From a virus, in IMG/VR virus record IMGVR_UViG_3300042484_002041, positions 1-64,000 of that record: a DNA stretch of 64,000 nt, one strand, 5' to 3'. Below are positions 50,041-57,996 of this stretch, piece by piece (position 1 is the stretch's first letter; each line of letters begins with the position of its first letter). Both the position numbers and the translations under genes were made by a program. The notes beneath the pieces were generated by a model that made no database searches, was not told where the DNA came from, and saw only the letters and a program-made list of their open reading frames with translations.

Positions 50041-50069
50041 TTGACAAGGAATAAATAAAAGCATATAAT
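50041..50069 (+). promoter_or_regulatory. Consensus sigma70 promoter of the tRNA-array leader
   Basis: TTGACA-17 nt-TATAAT; the spacer also contains TAAATA. Confidence 0.85.
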
Positions 50070-50079
50070 TGACACTGTT

Positions 50080-50205
50080 ATGAAAAACTTCACACTATCA
50101 CTCTTATCCAAGCACGAACAGATGTGCCCCCGCGCCACCACATGGCTAGGTCCGGTATCATATATTCGCGCATTCGAGAATAGTGATACCAGGGGGTCTG
50201 AGTAG
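50080..50205 (+). CDS. Putative attenuator leader peptide, 41 aa, containing all 20 amino acids; not in the ORF track
   Basis: MKNFTLSLLSKHEQMCPRATTWLGPVSYIRAFENSDTRGSE*; 3' end complementary to the terminator 5' arm. Confidence 0.7.
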   Translation: MKNFTLSLLSKHEQMCPRATTWLGPVSYIRAFENSDTRGSE

Positions 50206-50228
50206 ACTGAGTCGTAAGATTCAAATAC

Positions 50229-50265
50229 ACAGACCCTGGCTCGAAAGACCCAGGGTTTGTCTTTT
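50229..50265 (+). terminator. Attenuator terminator hairpin
   Basis: ACAGACCCTGG-CTCGAAAGAC-CCAGGGTTTGT-CTTTT. Confidence 0.75.
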
Positions 50266-50288
50266 AGTGAAACAGGAATACAGGAGAG

Positions 50289-50317
50289 TTGACAACAAAT
50301 TGAAAACACTGTATAAT
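50289..50317 (+). promoter_or_regulatory. Second consensus sigma70 promoter
   Basis: TTGACA-17-TATAAT. Confidence 0.7.
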
Positions 50318-50650
50318 AAGGCGCTAGGGAATTAAAAATCCTAGCAAAGTGTGATAAGAGGGAACGAGGCCCTCGCTCTGCACTTTAAACAATGGAGCAA
50401 ACGGGCGTGTTAGGGGCATAAAATCTGTGGCGGGAACGCAGAGAGTCAGATCCTAATAGTAAAGTACATTGGTTGTCAGTGTGCTTTACTATACACATTT
50501 TTTGTAAAAAAGAGTGTGTACAGAGAAGCGCGCCATGATCTAATCTGAAGTCCAAACATCTGATGCGGACGGAACCTGTGTGTTGATTATGCTGCACACC
50601 TCGCAGCACGGAGCCAGGATAGCGTGTTTCTCTGTACCTACTTAATTAAA

Positions 50651-50726
50651 GTCTGGTTCGTCTATCGGTTTAGGACGCTGCCCTTTCAAGGCGGAAAGAC
50701 GGGTTCGATTCCCGTACCGGGCACCA
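50651..50726 (+). tRNA. tRNA-Glu(TTC)
   Basis: Cloverleaf, CCA. Confidence 0.9.
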
Positions 50727-50732
50727 AATAAT

Positions 50733-50808
50733 CTCTCCCTAGTTCATGTTGGCAGAACACTGGTCTCCAAAACCAGAGAGCGCGGATCGTCACCGTGGGG
50801 GGAGGCCA
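50733..50808 (+). tRNA. tRNA-Trp(CCA)
   Basis: CTGGT-CTCCAAA-ACCAG; variant T-loop ATCGTCA; CCA. Confidence 0.85.
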
Positions 50809-50825
50809 AACTTTAAGGAACTGAT

Positions 50826-51605
50826 ATGAAAATCGGTATGTTCGGCGATAGTTATATTGCATACCTAAAAAATACTTGGATAGAGCATCTTAACTCTAAA
50901 TCTCAAGACTACAAGATTCAAACTTACGGCAAAGGCGGATCAAACTTATTCTATGCTATAGATCAGTTCAATCAAGCAGTTGATGTAAGAAAGAAAAAAT
51001 ACGATGTTGTTGTTTTTACATTCACATGGCACCAACGATGGTACAGTGCATGGCGGTATAGAAATGAACAATATTGTGCTTTTAGCGAATCAAGAAAATT
51101 TAGTACATATCAGTCTGTTGTCGAGGCGCACGATCCTTCTATTTACAACGACGATACGGATGCCGAATTTATAGCAACTATCCCGAAATTCTACGAATAC
51201 ATGTACGATGATCGGTGGACTAGATTTAATTACGAATTAGAAGTTAAGTATATTTTAGAACTACCGGATCGTTATCCGGATACCAAGTTTATTTTCTTGC
51301 CAAATACAGAATATTCACAAGACCTAGCAAAGAAACATTTCAACAAGGGTGTATTAGTTGATTTTGCATTTGAAACTGTTAGTATCTCGGAACCCGGGGC
51401 GCCAGCCAAGCTCAAGCCCGGGGAGAGAATTAATGTCGAGCGTGACAACCGACTCGGGCATTTAAATCAAAGCAATCATCGTGCAGTCGGTGAACTAATG
51501 TATGACATAATTTCTAACTACCAGGCAGTGGAAAATAAGATTTATCAAGTTGATTTTGATAAATTTGATATGATATTCCCTACCAAGTCTGTTAGCACAA
51601 CATAA
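50826..51605 (+). CDS. SGNH-hydrolase-like protein
   Basis: FGDSY, GGSN, GHL...NH. Confidence 0.6.
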   Translation: MKIGMFGDSYIAYLKNTWIEHLNSKSQDYKIQTYGKGGSNLFYAIDQFNQAVDVRKKKYDVVVFTFTWHQRWYSAWRYRNEQYCAFSESRKFSTYQSVVEAHDPSIYNDDTDAEFIATIPKFYEYMYDDRWTRFNYELEVKYILELPDRYPDTKFIFLPNTEYSQDLAKKHFNKGVLVDFAFETVSISEPGAPAKLKPGERINVERDNRLGHLNQSNHRAVGELMYDIISNYQAVENKIYQVDFDKFDMIFPTKSVSTT

Positions 51606-51611
51606 GTAAAT

Positions 51612-51686
51612 CGCGGGATAGGAAAGCAGTAATCCGCTTGGCTCATAACCAAGAGATCGGCAGTGCGAGTCTGCCTCCCGCAACCA
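51612..51686 (+). tRNA. Initiator-type tRNA-fMet(CAT)
   Basis: CGCGGGA 5' end with C1:A72 mismatch; CAT; CCA. Confidence 0.85.
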
Positions 51687-51691
51687 AGTTT

Positions 51692-52330
51692 ATGAAACCA
51701 TATTTAATAGTGTACCAAGGCGGAACCTGCGGCAATTTAATGGCAGGCTTAATTCATACGCTACAAACAAATACCGCAGTCGAAGTACGGCAAGATGGAT
51801 CACTACACGAACAGAGGCATGGACCGGTGCACGTATACTATCCGTGGAAAATTCTAATAGAAAATGATCTAAATAAAAATTATAACACTGCACTAACAAA
51901 TATTTTTATTACGCACGATAGAAATATTAGAGACTTTGCATCTAGTAACGATTTAACAGTTATTAAAATCGTATACACAGACGACTCGAAGAAGTTAATT
52001 CGTCAGTTAGTATCAGAAAAAGCACAATTAACTAACCTAAAACAATGGTATCTATCACTTCCGGCCTTGCCGTTCAAGGACGTTGATTTAGATAACATCA
52101 ATGATGATACTAGAGTAGTCAAGTACCTTTATCGATGCTTAGATGATCGTATAGATAACTTTATGGACGCAGTAACATATTATCATCATACTGTTAATTT
52201 TGAAGATATTTGGACAGACAATGAAAATTTACTCAACCAATTGAGTAACATAACTGGATTAAAAAGTAACGAAAAAACAGTGCAATTAATTCAAAATTAT
52301 GTTACTATCAATAATAGATTGTATAAATGA
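51692..52330 (+). CDS. Hypothetical protein (sulfotransferase-like N-terminus)
   Basis: YQGGTCGN...ITH...FEDI. Confidence 0.5.
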   Translation: MKPYLIVYQGGTCGNLMAGLIHTLQTNTAVEVRQDGSLHEQRHGPVHVYYPWKILIENDLNKNYNTALTNIFITHDRNIRDFASSNDLTVIKIVYTDDSKKLIRQLVSEKAQLTNLKQWYLSLPALPFKDVDLDNINDDTRVVKYLYRCLDDRIDNFMDAVTYYHHTVNFEDIWTDNENLLNQLSNITGLKSNEKTVQLIQNYVTINNRLYK

Positions 52331-52367
52331 GTAGCATATCAGCTACCAGATTTTTAAGTAGCACAAT

Positions 52368-52443
52368 TCCGGTCAAGCAAACACGGTGTAGGCAGAGGAC
52401 TGTTAATCCTTGAAGCCTGGTTCGATTCCAGGGACCGGAGCCA
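52368..52443 (+). tRNA. tRNA-Asn(GTT)
   Basis: Cloverleaf, CCA. Confidence 0.9.
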
Positions 52444-52451
52444 CACATACT

Positions 52452-52528
52452 GCACAGATACCAAAGAGGCCTAATGGCATGGATTGCAAATCCGTTGTTC
52501 GTGAGTTCGAATCTCACTCTGTGCTCCA
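52452..52528 (+). tRNA. tRNA-Cys(GCA)
   Basis: Cloverleaf, U73, CCA. Confidence 0.9.
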
Positions 52529-52541
52529 AACTCGACACAAC

Positions 52542-52635
52542 GGAAGCGTGGCAGAGCCCGGTTTAATGCACCTGACTTGAAATCAGACGAATGTAGCGAT
52601 ATGTTCCGTGAGTTCGAATCTCACCGCTTCTACCA
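52542..52635 (+). tRNA. tRNA-Ser(TGA)
   Basis: Long variable arm, CCA. Confidence 0.9.
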
Positions 52636-52742
52636 GTTACTGGTTGACAATTAAATCCAAGTACGCTATACTAGAGTCATGTTGTCGGTAACTCAGCAAC
52701 AGCTCTTTAAAAACACAAGCAAGCGTTTGTAAAGATACAATC

Positions 52743-52827
52743 GCCCGGGTGATGAAATGGTATACATAGAAGACTTAAAATCTTCCGCCGTAATGGCATG
52801 CGGGTTCGAGTCCCGCCCCGGGCACCA
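52743..52827 (+). tRNA. tRNA-Leu(TAA)
   Basis: Long variable arm, CCA. Confidence 0.9.
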
Positions 52828-52836
52828 AACATATAC

Positions 52837-52912
52837 AGGGGTTTCGCCAAGTTGGTAAGGCATCGGATTTTGATTCCGACATGCGGTGGTTCGAATCCAT
52901 CAACCCCTACCA
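52837..52912 (+). tRNA. tRNA-Gln(TTG)
   Basis: Cloverleaf, CCA. Confidence 0.9.
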
Positions 52913-52920
52913 AAATTTAG

Positions 52921-52994
52921 GTCTCAAAGTGTTCATGGACGCATACATGCCTGTCACGCATGAGGAAGGGGATCGTTACCCCTTGGGACCGCCA
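52921..52994 (+). tRNA. tRNA-Asp(GTC)
   Basis: Cloverleaf, variant T-loop ATCGTTA, CCA. Confidence 0.85.
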
Positions 52995-53034
52995 ATTTTT
53001 CATTGGTGCTGTTAGTGATATAGATACCTTAGGT

Positions 53035-53106
53035 GTGACTGTAGTGTAGTGGTCTGCACATTGCTCTGTGAAAGCGATAGTATGGGATCGTTCCCCATCA
53101 GTCACC
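53035..53106 (+). tRNA. tRNA-His(GTG)
   Basis: GTGACTG/CAGTCAC, C73; followed by CCT, not CCA; T at position -1. Confidence 0.8.
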
Positions 53107-53160
53107 CCTAAGTTATTTGCGATATGGGATTTTCCCCACTTCACCCCAACATTGTTTTAT

Positions 53161-53234
53161 ACCCGGTTAGCTCAAAGGTAGAGCAATGGCTTGATAAGCC
53201 ATAGACAGAGGATCGTTACCTTTACTGGGTACCA
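53161..53234 (+). tRNA. tRNA-Ile(GAT)
   Basis: Cloverleaf, variant T-loop, CCA. Confidence 0.85.
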
Positions 53235-53242
53235 ATATACAT

Positions 53243-53318
53243 GCTGCTTTAGCTGATGTGGTCATAGCGGAGGTTTGAAGAACCTTGGAACGTGGTTCGA
53301 TTCCACGAGGCAGCACCA
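53243..53318 (+). tRNA. tRNA-Phe(GAA)
   Basis: Cloverleaf, CCA. Confidence 0.9.
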
Positions 53319-53320
53319 GA

Positions 53321-54049
53321 TTATGGAGTTAGGTCTATCAAAGTTAACACCGAGCTGGCTAAATCTAAATTAGATTTAACTCCATGATGAGATAGGTCTC
53401 GAGCACGATCTAATCCTTTTAATGTGTTTAATTTTACTGGAACAAATTTGCACTCATTCAGTTTACTTACTTGTGCAAGTGCAAGCGTGTTCTTTTCAGA
53501 ATTTAACTGACTGTTAGTATCGACTGATAACCATGTTTTGTAAAACCCTGAATAATAACCAGGAGGAGACACAGGGGTTAAAAATTCTACATACTGTTCC
53601 CCGACTAGTTCAACCCTATGCATGTCAGGCAGTAACAATACTACTATCTTTGGTAAGATTTTAGGAATCCAATACGAGCCTAATCTGTATGCAGTATCGG
53701 TACTGCCGCCGCCCTGCCCAAGATTGTAACATTTTAAATTTAGATTGTCGGCAACAATTGTCGGCCAAGTGTGTTCGATAGGTAGGCCAACCCCAACAGT
53801 GTGACTGCAACCCAGAAATAAAATGCTAGGGTCGTTTGTAAACTCTTCGCACCTGAATGCAAAACTATTAAATTTGTAAGTTATTTCTTGGTTGATCCAT
53901 CCGTTGAGTTCCATCTCCGGACGTCTCAACTTTAAGTTTTCAAGATATCGATCTTCTGTATCCTGCGGTAGCCATTTTACAGTTCTGTTGGCTAATGACC
54001 CAGCGTTATTAAAGTTGTTGATGTAGCATGAATCGTAATTTATTTTCAT
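53321..54049 (-). CDS. SGNH-hydrolase-like protein inserted antisense in the tRNA array
   Basis: LGCSHTVG, NLGQGGGS, D.SHHG; TAAATA just upstream on the - strand. Confidence 0.7.
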   Translation of the reverse strand: MKINYDSCYINNFNNAGSLANRTVKWLPQDTEDRYLENLKLRRPEMELNGWINQEITYKFNSFAFRCEEFTNDPSILFLGCSHTVGVGLPIEHTWPTIVADNLNLKCYNLGQGGGSTDTAYRLGSYWIPKILPKIVVLLLPDMHRVELVGEQYVEFLTPVSPPGYYSGFYKTWLSVDTNSQLNSEKNTLALAQVSKLNECKFVPVKLNTLKGLDRARDLSHHGVKSNLDLASSVLTLIDLTP

Positions 54050-54073
54050 TGAAATATTTATTAGTGTAAGAAT

Positions 54074-54157
54074 GCGGACGTGATGTAATTGGTAGCCATG
54101 CGAGTCTTAGAAGCTCGTGCCTTGTGCGTGAGAGTTCGAGTCTCTCCGTCCGCACCA
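54074..54157 (+). tRNA. tRNA-Leu(TAG)
   Basis: Long variable arm, CCA. Confidence 0.9.
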
Positions 54158-54179
54158 TGAGATATATAGTAGTATAAAG

Positions 54180-54254
54180 GCCTGGTTAGCTCAGGGGTAG
54201 AGCGTCTCCTTTACACGGAGAGGGTCCGCGGTTCGAAACCGTGACCAGGTACCA
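54180..54254 (+). tRNA. tRNA-Val(TAC)
   Basis: Cloverleaf, CCA. Confidence 0.9.
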
Positions 54255-54260
54255 AAGTTT

Positions 54261-54337
54261 GGTCGGGTATCTTAAGAGGAAGTAGAGCCTCCCTCATAAG
54301 GAGGAATGTGGAGCTTCGAGTGCTCTCCTGACCACCA
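54261..54337 (+). tRNA. tRNA-Met(CAT), elongator-type
   Basis: CCTCC-CTCATAA-GGAGG, CCA. Confidence 0.8.
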
Positions 54338-54351
54338 AGATAGTTTTATAT

Positions 54352-54425
54352 GGGCGTGTAGTATAATGGGATTACGACGGCTTTGCAAGCCGTTTATGGG
54401 AGTTCGATCCTCCCCATGTCCACCA
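54352..54425 (+). tRNA. tRNA-Ala(TGC)
   Basis: G3:U70, CCA. Confidence 0.9.
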
Positions 54426-54438
54426 TAGTTTTACAAAA

Positions 54439-54528
54439 GGAGAGCGGGCCGGACGGTAAGGCAACTGACTGCTAATCAGTAGAGTGTAGTAATATGCTCA
54501 CAGGGTTCGATTCCCTGGCTCTCCGCCA
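54439..54528 (+). tRNA. tRNA-Ser(GCT)
   Basis: Long variable arm, CCA. Confidence 0.9.
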
Positions 54529-54536
54529 AGTTTTTT

Positions 54537-54611
54537 CGGTCTTTAGTTCAATGGATAGAATACGTGGCTTCGAACCATGTGATGGGAGTTCGATCCTCTC
54601 AGGACCGGCCA
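54537..54611 (+). tRNA. tRNA-Arg(TCG)
   Basis: Cloverleaf, CCA. Confidence 0.9.
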
Positions 54612-54641
54612 AGAGTTTTATACTACACAATAGGAAATAGT

Positions 54642-55112
54642 ATGTTAAAGGTAGATGTTCGAGAGGTTGAAGAATTCATGAGCCAGCAAGGCCCTAATAC
54701 TCGAGTCTACTTGGGTGCCGACAGCGAGCGATTCAAGGTCAACGGTGTTTGGTGGGCCGAATACACAGTAGCTGTGGTTATCCACATCAACGGTCGCAAT
54801 GGTTGCAAGATCTTTGGAGAAACTTCCAAGGAACGCGACTACGATCAAAAGTACAATCGTCCCAGCATGCGGCTCATGAACGAGGTGTACCGTGTCAGCG
54901 AAATGTTCCAGCGGCTGCAAGAGATACTGAAAGATCGAGAGGTCGAGGTGCACTTGGATATTAATCCTAGCGAAATGCACGGATCCAGCTGTGTGGTGCA
55001 GCAAGCAATTGGGTACATACGCGGCACTTGCAACGTGATCCCCATGGTCAAGCCAGATGCGTTTGCAGCCAGTTATGCGGCGGATAGGCTAAAGAGCTTG
55101 CTGGCTGCTTAA
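54642..55112 (+). CDS. RNase H-like YkuK family protein
   Basis: YLGADS, RLMNEV, EVHLDIN, KPDAFAASYAAD. Confidence 0.85.
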   Translation: MLKVDVREVEEFMSQQGPNTRVYLGADSERFKVNGVWWAEYTVAVVIHINGRNGCKIFGETSKERDYDQKYNRPSMRLMNEVYRVSEMFQRLQEILKDREVEVHLDINPSEMHGSSCVVQQAIGYIRGTCNVIPMVKPDAFAASYAADRLKSLLAA

Positions 55113-55120
55113 ATAGTATC

Positions 55121-55849
55121 ATGCAACTTTGGGTATTTTTTGAGCCTGGCACCGGAGGTGATGGATTGTGTAACCTCCTGGAACAGTCAACAGACTGCAA
55201 TAGCCTAGGCGCAATAAAACAATGGCGTCCGCATCGTTATGTTGATGGTGATTTAAAATTTTGGATGCCAACTCCGGATGTAAAACATTGTTTTCGAAGT
55301 TCTGCTCCTTTTAAACAACACAAAAATCAGTTTCATAACAATTATGTTAACTTGGCTAATCAAGATCAAGGATTTGTAATTATACCATCTCACGGTATCA
55401 ACTTGCGGGCGTTAGAAACAAGCGACTGCCAGGATATATTGACTGCTAATCAAAAAAAAGTTTTGCTATTAAGTAAAGATCGAAAGGCTGCTTTACTTCG
55501 AGCAGAACGAAGTTGTTTACGCGAAATAAAGCCAGCAACGCCAGAATATCTTGACTGTCAGATAAAACAAAAAATTAATATTGATAAATTTGACTCGGTC
55601 GTCTACATTGAGGATTTACGATCGAATTTTGACATCTTTGACAACTTTTGTAACACATTAGGAATTGTTGCAGATAAAAATCACTATGACACCTACCTGC
55701 AACTAATCCGAAGAGAACTTTTTTTTGTATCACCAGGTATAGCATATCACAGTTCTAGAATTGACAAAAACGGAATTCTTCGGTATGATCAAGTTGATCC
55801 AGATATGGTAATAGGTCAAAGAAAAAAATTATTGTTTGACTTGATGTAG
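55121..55849 (+). CDS. Hypothetical protein (sulfotransferase-like N-terminus)
   Basis: FEPGTGGD...PSH...YIEDL. Confidence 0.5.
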   Translation: MQLWVFFEPGTGGDGLCNLLEQSTDCNSLGAIKQWRPHRYVDGDLKFWMPTPDVKHCFRSSAPFKQHKNQFHNNYVNLANQDQGFVIIPSHGINLRALETSDCQDILTANQKKVLLLSKDRKAALLRAERSCLREIKPATPEYLDCQIKQKINIDKFDSVVYIEDLRSNFDIFDNFCNTLGIVADKNHYDTYLQLIRRELFFVSPGIAYHSSRIDKNGILRYDQVDPDMVIGQRKKLLFDLM

Positions 55850-55890
55850 TTGACATCTAATAACAGTTGTGTTATAATACATGAATGTAT

Positions 55891-55964
55891 GCGGGATTGG
55901 CATATTGGTTGTGTCCTAGCCTTCCAAGCTAGTCAAAGGAGTTCGATTCTCCTATCCCGCTCCA
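55891..55964 (+). tRNA. tRNA-Gly(TCC)
   Basis: Cloverleaf, CCA. Confidence 0.9.
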
Positions 55965-55990
55965 TAAATATAAATTAACCGAGGTCTTTG

Positions 55991-56236
55991 ATGAATGTAA
56001 CCCTTAGTCGTGGTACCGGTATTAACACTGAAAAATGCGTGGAAAATGCCGGGGGGAATCGATACAATTTGGTGTTGATTGCTTGCCACCGTGCTCGTGA
56101 CATTGAACGTCATAACATCCAGCGCCAGAAGCAAGCCTACGAAAACCCAATTGTGAGTGCCTTGTTGGACGTGCAAAACGGTACAGTCGGCGAAGAGTAT
56201 CTCAAGCGAATTAAGACGCCTAACAGGCGGGTATGA
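55991..56236 (+). CDS. RNA polymerase omega subunit-like protein
   Basis: EKCVE..GNRYNLVLIA.HRAR.I...P.V.AL.DV..G matches the RpoZ pattern. Confidence 0.75.
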   Translation: MNVTLSRGTGINTEKCVENAGGNRYNLVLIACHRARDIERHNIQRQKQAYENPIVSALLDVQNGTVGEEYLKRIKTPNRRV

Positions 56237-56242
56237 TGTAAT

Positions 56243-56316
56243 GCGGGTATGATGTAATGGTAACCTGAAACCTTGCCAAGGTTTATTCGCGAGTTCGATT
56301 CTCGCTACCCGCTCCA
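56243..56316 (+). tRNA. tRNA-Gly(GCC)
   Basis: Cloverleaf, CCA. Confidence 0.9.
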
Positions 56317-56321
56317 GGATT

Positions 56322-56396
56322 CTGCCCATCGTTCAACGGACAGGACATGGTTCTTCTAAATCCAGAATGGGGGTTCGATTCCCTCTGGGCAGACCA
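56322..56396 (+). tRNA. tRNA-Arg(TCT)
   Basis: Cloverleaf, CCA. Confidence 0.85.
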
Positions 56397-56419
56397 ATTT
56401 ATATACAAGGATACGCAAA

Positions 56420-56611
56420 ATGACTGAACAACAACAACGAGATGCTGCTATGGAAGAGTTCCTGGCCAAAGGTGGTAAGATTCAACAAGTGGCCACCGGC
56501 GTTAGCGGCAGGATCGAAGGCGTCAACTATTCAGCCTGGGGCGCACCGCGTAAAGCAGGTAGGCCCCCAAACGTGCCCGATACTGCCAAGGTGGACAAAA
56601 CACCAGTCTAA
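56420..56611 (+). CDS. Small hypothetical protein (FLAKGGKIQ family)
   Basis: AAGGA SD. Confidence 0.65.
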   Translation: MTEQQQRDAAMEEFLAKGGKIQQVATGVSGRIEGVNYSAWGAPRKAGRPPNVPDTAKVDKTPV

Positions 56612-56667
56612 TTTGCGATCTGCTGATATTTTTAAAAATTGGTTAAATAGTAAAAAGGATTTATATT

Positions 56668-56955
56668 ATGACTTTAACCAAAGCGGTAGTTGTTGTTTGG
56701 ACTATACCACTAGATACGGAGTTACCGGTACCGGAGACGGTGCCCACGTCCTGTATCACTGCGCTACAAGACAAACTGGCAGCAATGACCGCTGCTGGTC
56801 AAACAGACGGCAAGAAATATTGGTTCGCGCCCCAGGTTACCGAACACCGTTTTACTGATCAAGCAGCAGCTGAAGAATTTGTGTATTACCTAACTCAGGT
56901 ATTTGCGTGTAGTACAGATATTGATTCTACTCACATCAATCCCCTCTACCTCTAA
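56668..56955 (+). CDS. Hypothetical protein
   Basis: TAAATA and AAGGA upstream. Confidence 0.6.
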   Translation: MTLTKAVVVVWTIPLDTELPVPETVPTSCITALQDKLAAMTAAGQTDGKKYWFAPQVTEHRFTDQAAAEEFVYYLTQVFACSTDIDSTHINPLYL

Positions 56956-56974
56956 GCGCCCGGGCTCAGATAAC

Positions 56975-56997
56975 AGCGCGGTTAATCCGCGCTTTTT
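56975..56997 (+). terminator. Intrinsic terminator
   Basis: AGCGCGG-TTAAT-CCGCGCT-TTTT. Confidence 0.8.
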
Positions 56998-57221
56998 CAT
57001 GGTAGGCACGGTTGACAATTAATTCAACTTGCCGTATAATGCTTGTATGCGTTAAGAGATTAACGCGCTCTTTAACAAGTCGATGAAAAACATGACTGTG
57101 AGGTCATATTGAAGCTCTGGTGTAAATGGGCACATCCCCCAAGTACTAGTCTTGGAAAAACGGGGAGAGAACACGCGGCTCCAAAAGCAGATGCGAGTGA
57201 GTTTCAATATGATCTTACATT

Positions 57222-57295
57222 GGGTTTGTAACTTAAAAGTAAAGTATCGGACTTTTAATCCGACTAAGAAGGAGCGTTACCTTCCAGACCTACCA
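57222..57295 (+). tRNA. tRNA-Lys(TTT), divergent D and T loops
   Basis: TCGGA-CTTTTAA-TCCGA; T-loop AGCGTTA; CCA. Confidence 0.75.
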
Positions 57296-57531
57296 TATAG
57301 AAATGCATTAGATCCCTTGTATGCTGCTGAACAGGCGCCCCGATCAGCGGCATATATCCCTTTTAGTGTGTTTCTATATGGTATGTGAGGGTGGTATGTA
57401 GGTTGGTAACCATTCCAGCGAGGACCGGGATTCCCAAGCCAGCAACACTGGCTACCATATAGAAACACATTATCATCATAACTGGTTGATAAAAGAGACT
57501 TGACCCTCTGTTAGTGTGTTTCTATATGGTA
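57291..57531 (+). repeat. Two long hairpins with near-identical terminal arms and different inserts
   Basis: TACCATATAGAAAYRCATTA ... TAGTGTGTTTCTATATGGTA at 57291-57383 and 57453-57531. Confidence 0.85.
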
Positions 57532-57621
57532 AGTATTTTAGGGAGTAATGCAGATGTCCTGCATTACTTAAACGACCAAGCTGAGCCGGTGTCCCTTAGT
57601 TAAATTAATGGAAAGTATAAT

Positions 57622-57706
57622 GGACAGGTGGGTGAGTGGTTAAAACCAGGAGACTGTAAATCTCCCGCCTCTGGCTACGTAGGTTCGAATCCTACCCTGT
57701 CCACCA
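57622..57706 (+). tRNA. tRNA-Tyr(GTA)
   Basis: Long variable arm, CCA. Confidence 0.9.
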
Positions 57707-57712
57707 AGATTT

Positions 57713-57787
57713 GGGCTGATAGTGATAATGGGAGCACAGGGCGTTTGCAACGCTTTAGTCGGGGTTCGATCCCCCGTCGGTCCACCA
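57713..57787 (+). tRNA. tRNA-Ala(TGC), second copy
   Basis: G3:U70, CCA. Confidence 0.9.
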
Positions 57788-57896
57788 AAATTTTGCGGTC
57801 GCGCCGCAGACGACTCAATACTTGGTCGTAACATCATGTATCTATTAGGTGAAAAGCCTATCCTTATTTGCCTCCATAGTTCAATGGATAGAACAG

Positions 57897-57972
57897 GCCC
57901 CGGTAGCTCAGTGAATAGAGTACATTCCTCCTAAGAATGAGGTCGGGCGTTTGATTCGCCCCCGGGGCACCA
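57897..57972 (+). tRNA. tRNA-Arg(CCT)
   Basis: CATTC-CTCCTAA-GAATG, CCA. Confidence 0.85.
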
Positions 57973-57996
57973 TAACTCAAGTAAATAAACATCTAA

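Noticed and set aside
56322-56396. Possible amber suppressor tRNA (CTA) or recoded genetic code
   Set aside because: The stem geometry centres TCT (Arg). Known genes are intact under the standard code, and TAG, TGA and TAA all terminate ORFs.
57384-57457. HDV-like (theta) ribozyme next to a tRNA
   Set aside because: The CCGG-TCCTCG-CTGG resemblance is on the minus strand, and I could not build P1.1, P2 or J4/2.
57291-57531. Possible CRISPR mini-array
   Set aside because: The units are long inverted-repeat arms with only two close copies and irregular spacing, and no cas genes are in the window; reported as hairpin cassettes instead.
50385-57934. ORF-track entries overlapping tRNAs and hairpins (e.g. 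52707-53144, 57152-57934; N-terminal extensions at 51638 and 54564)
   Set aside because: They are shadows of RNA genes; the true CDS starts were reassigned to 51692 and 54642.
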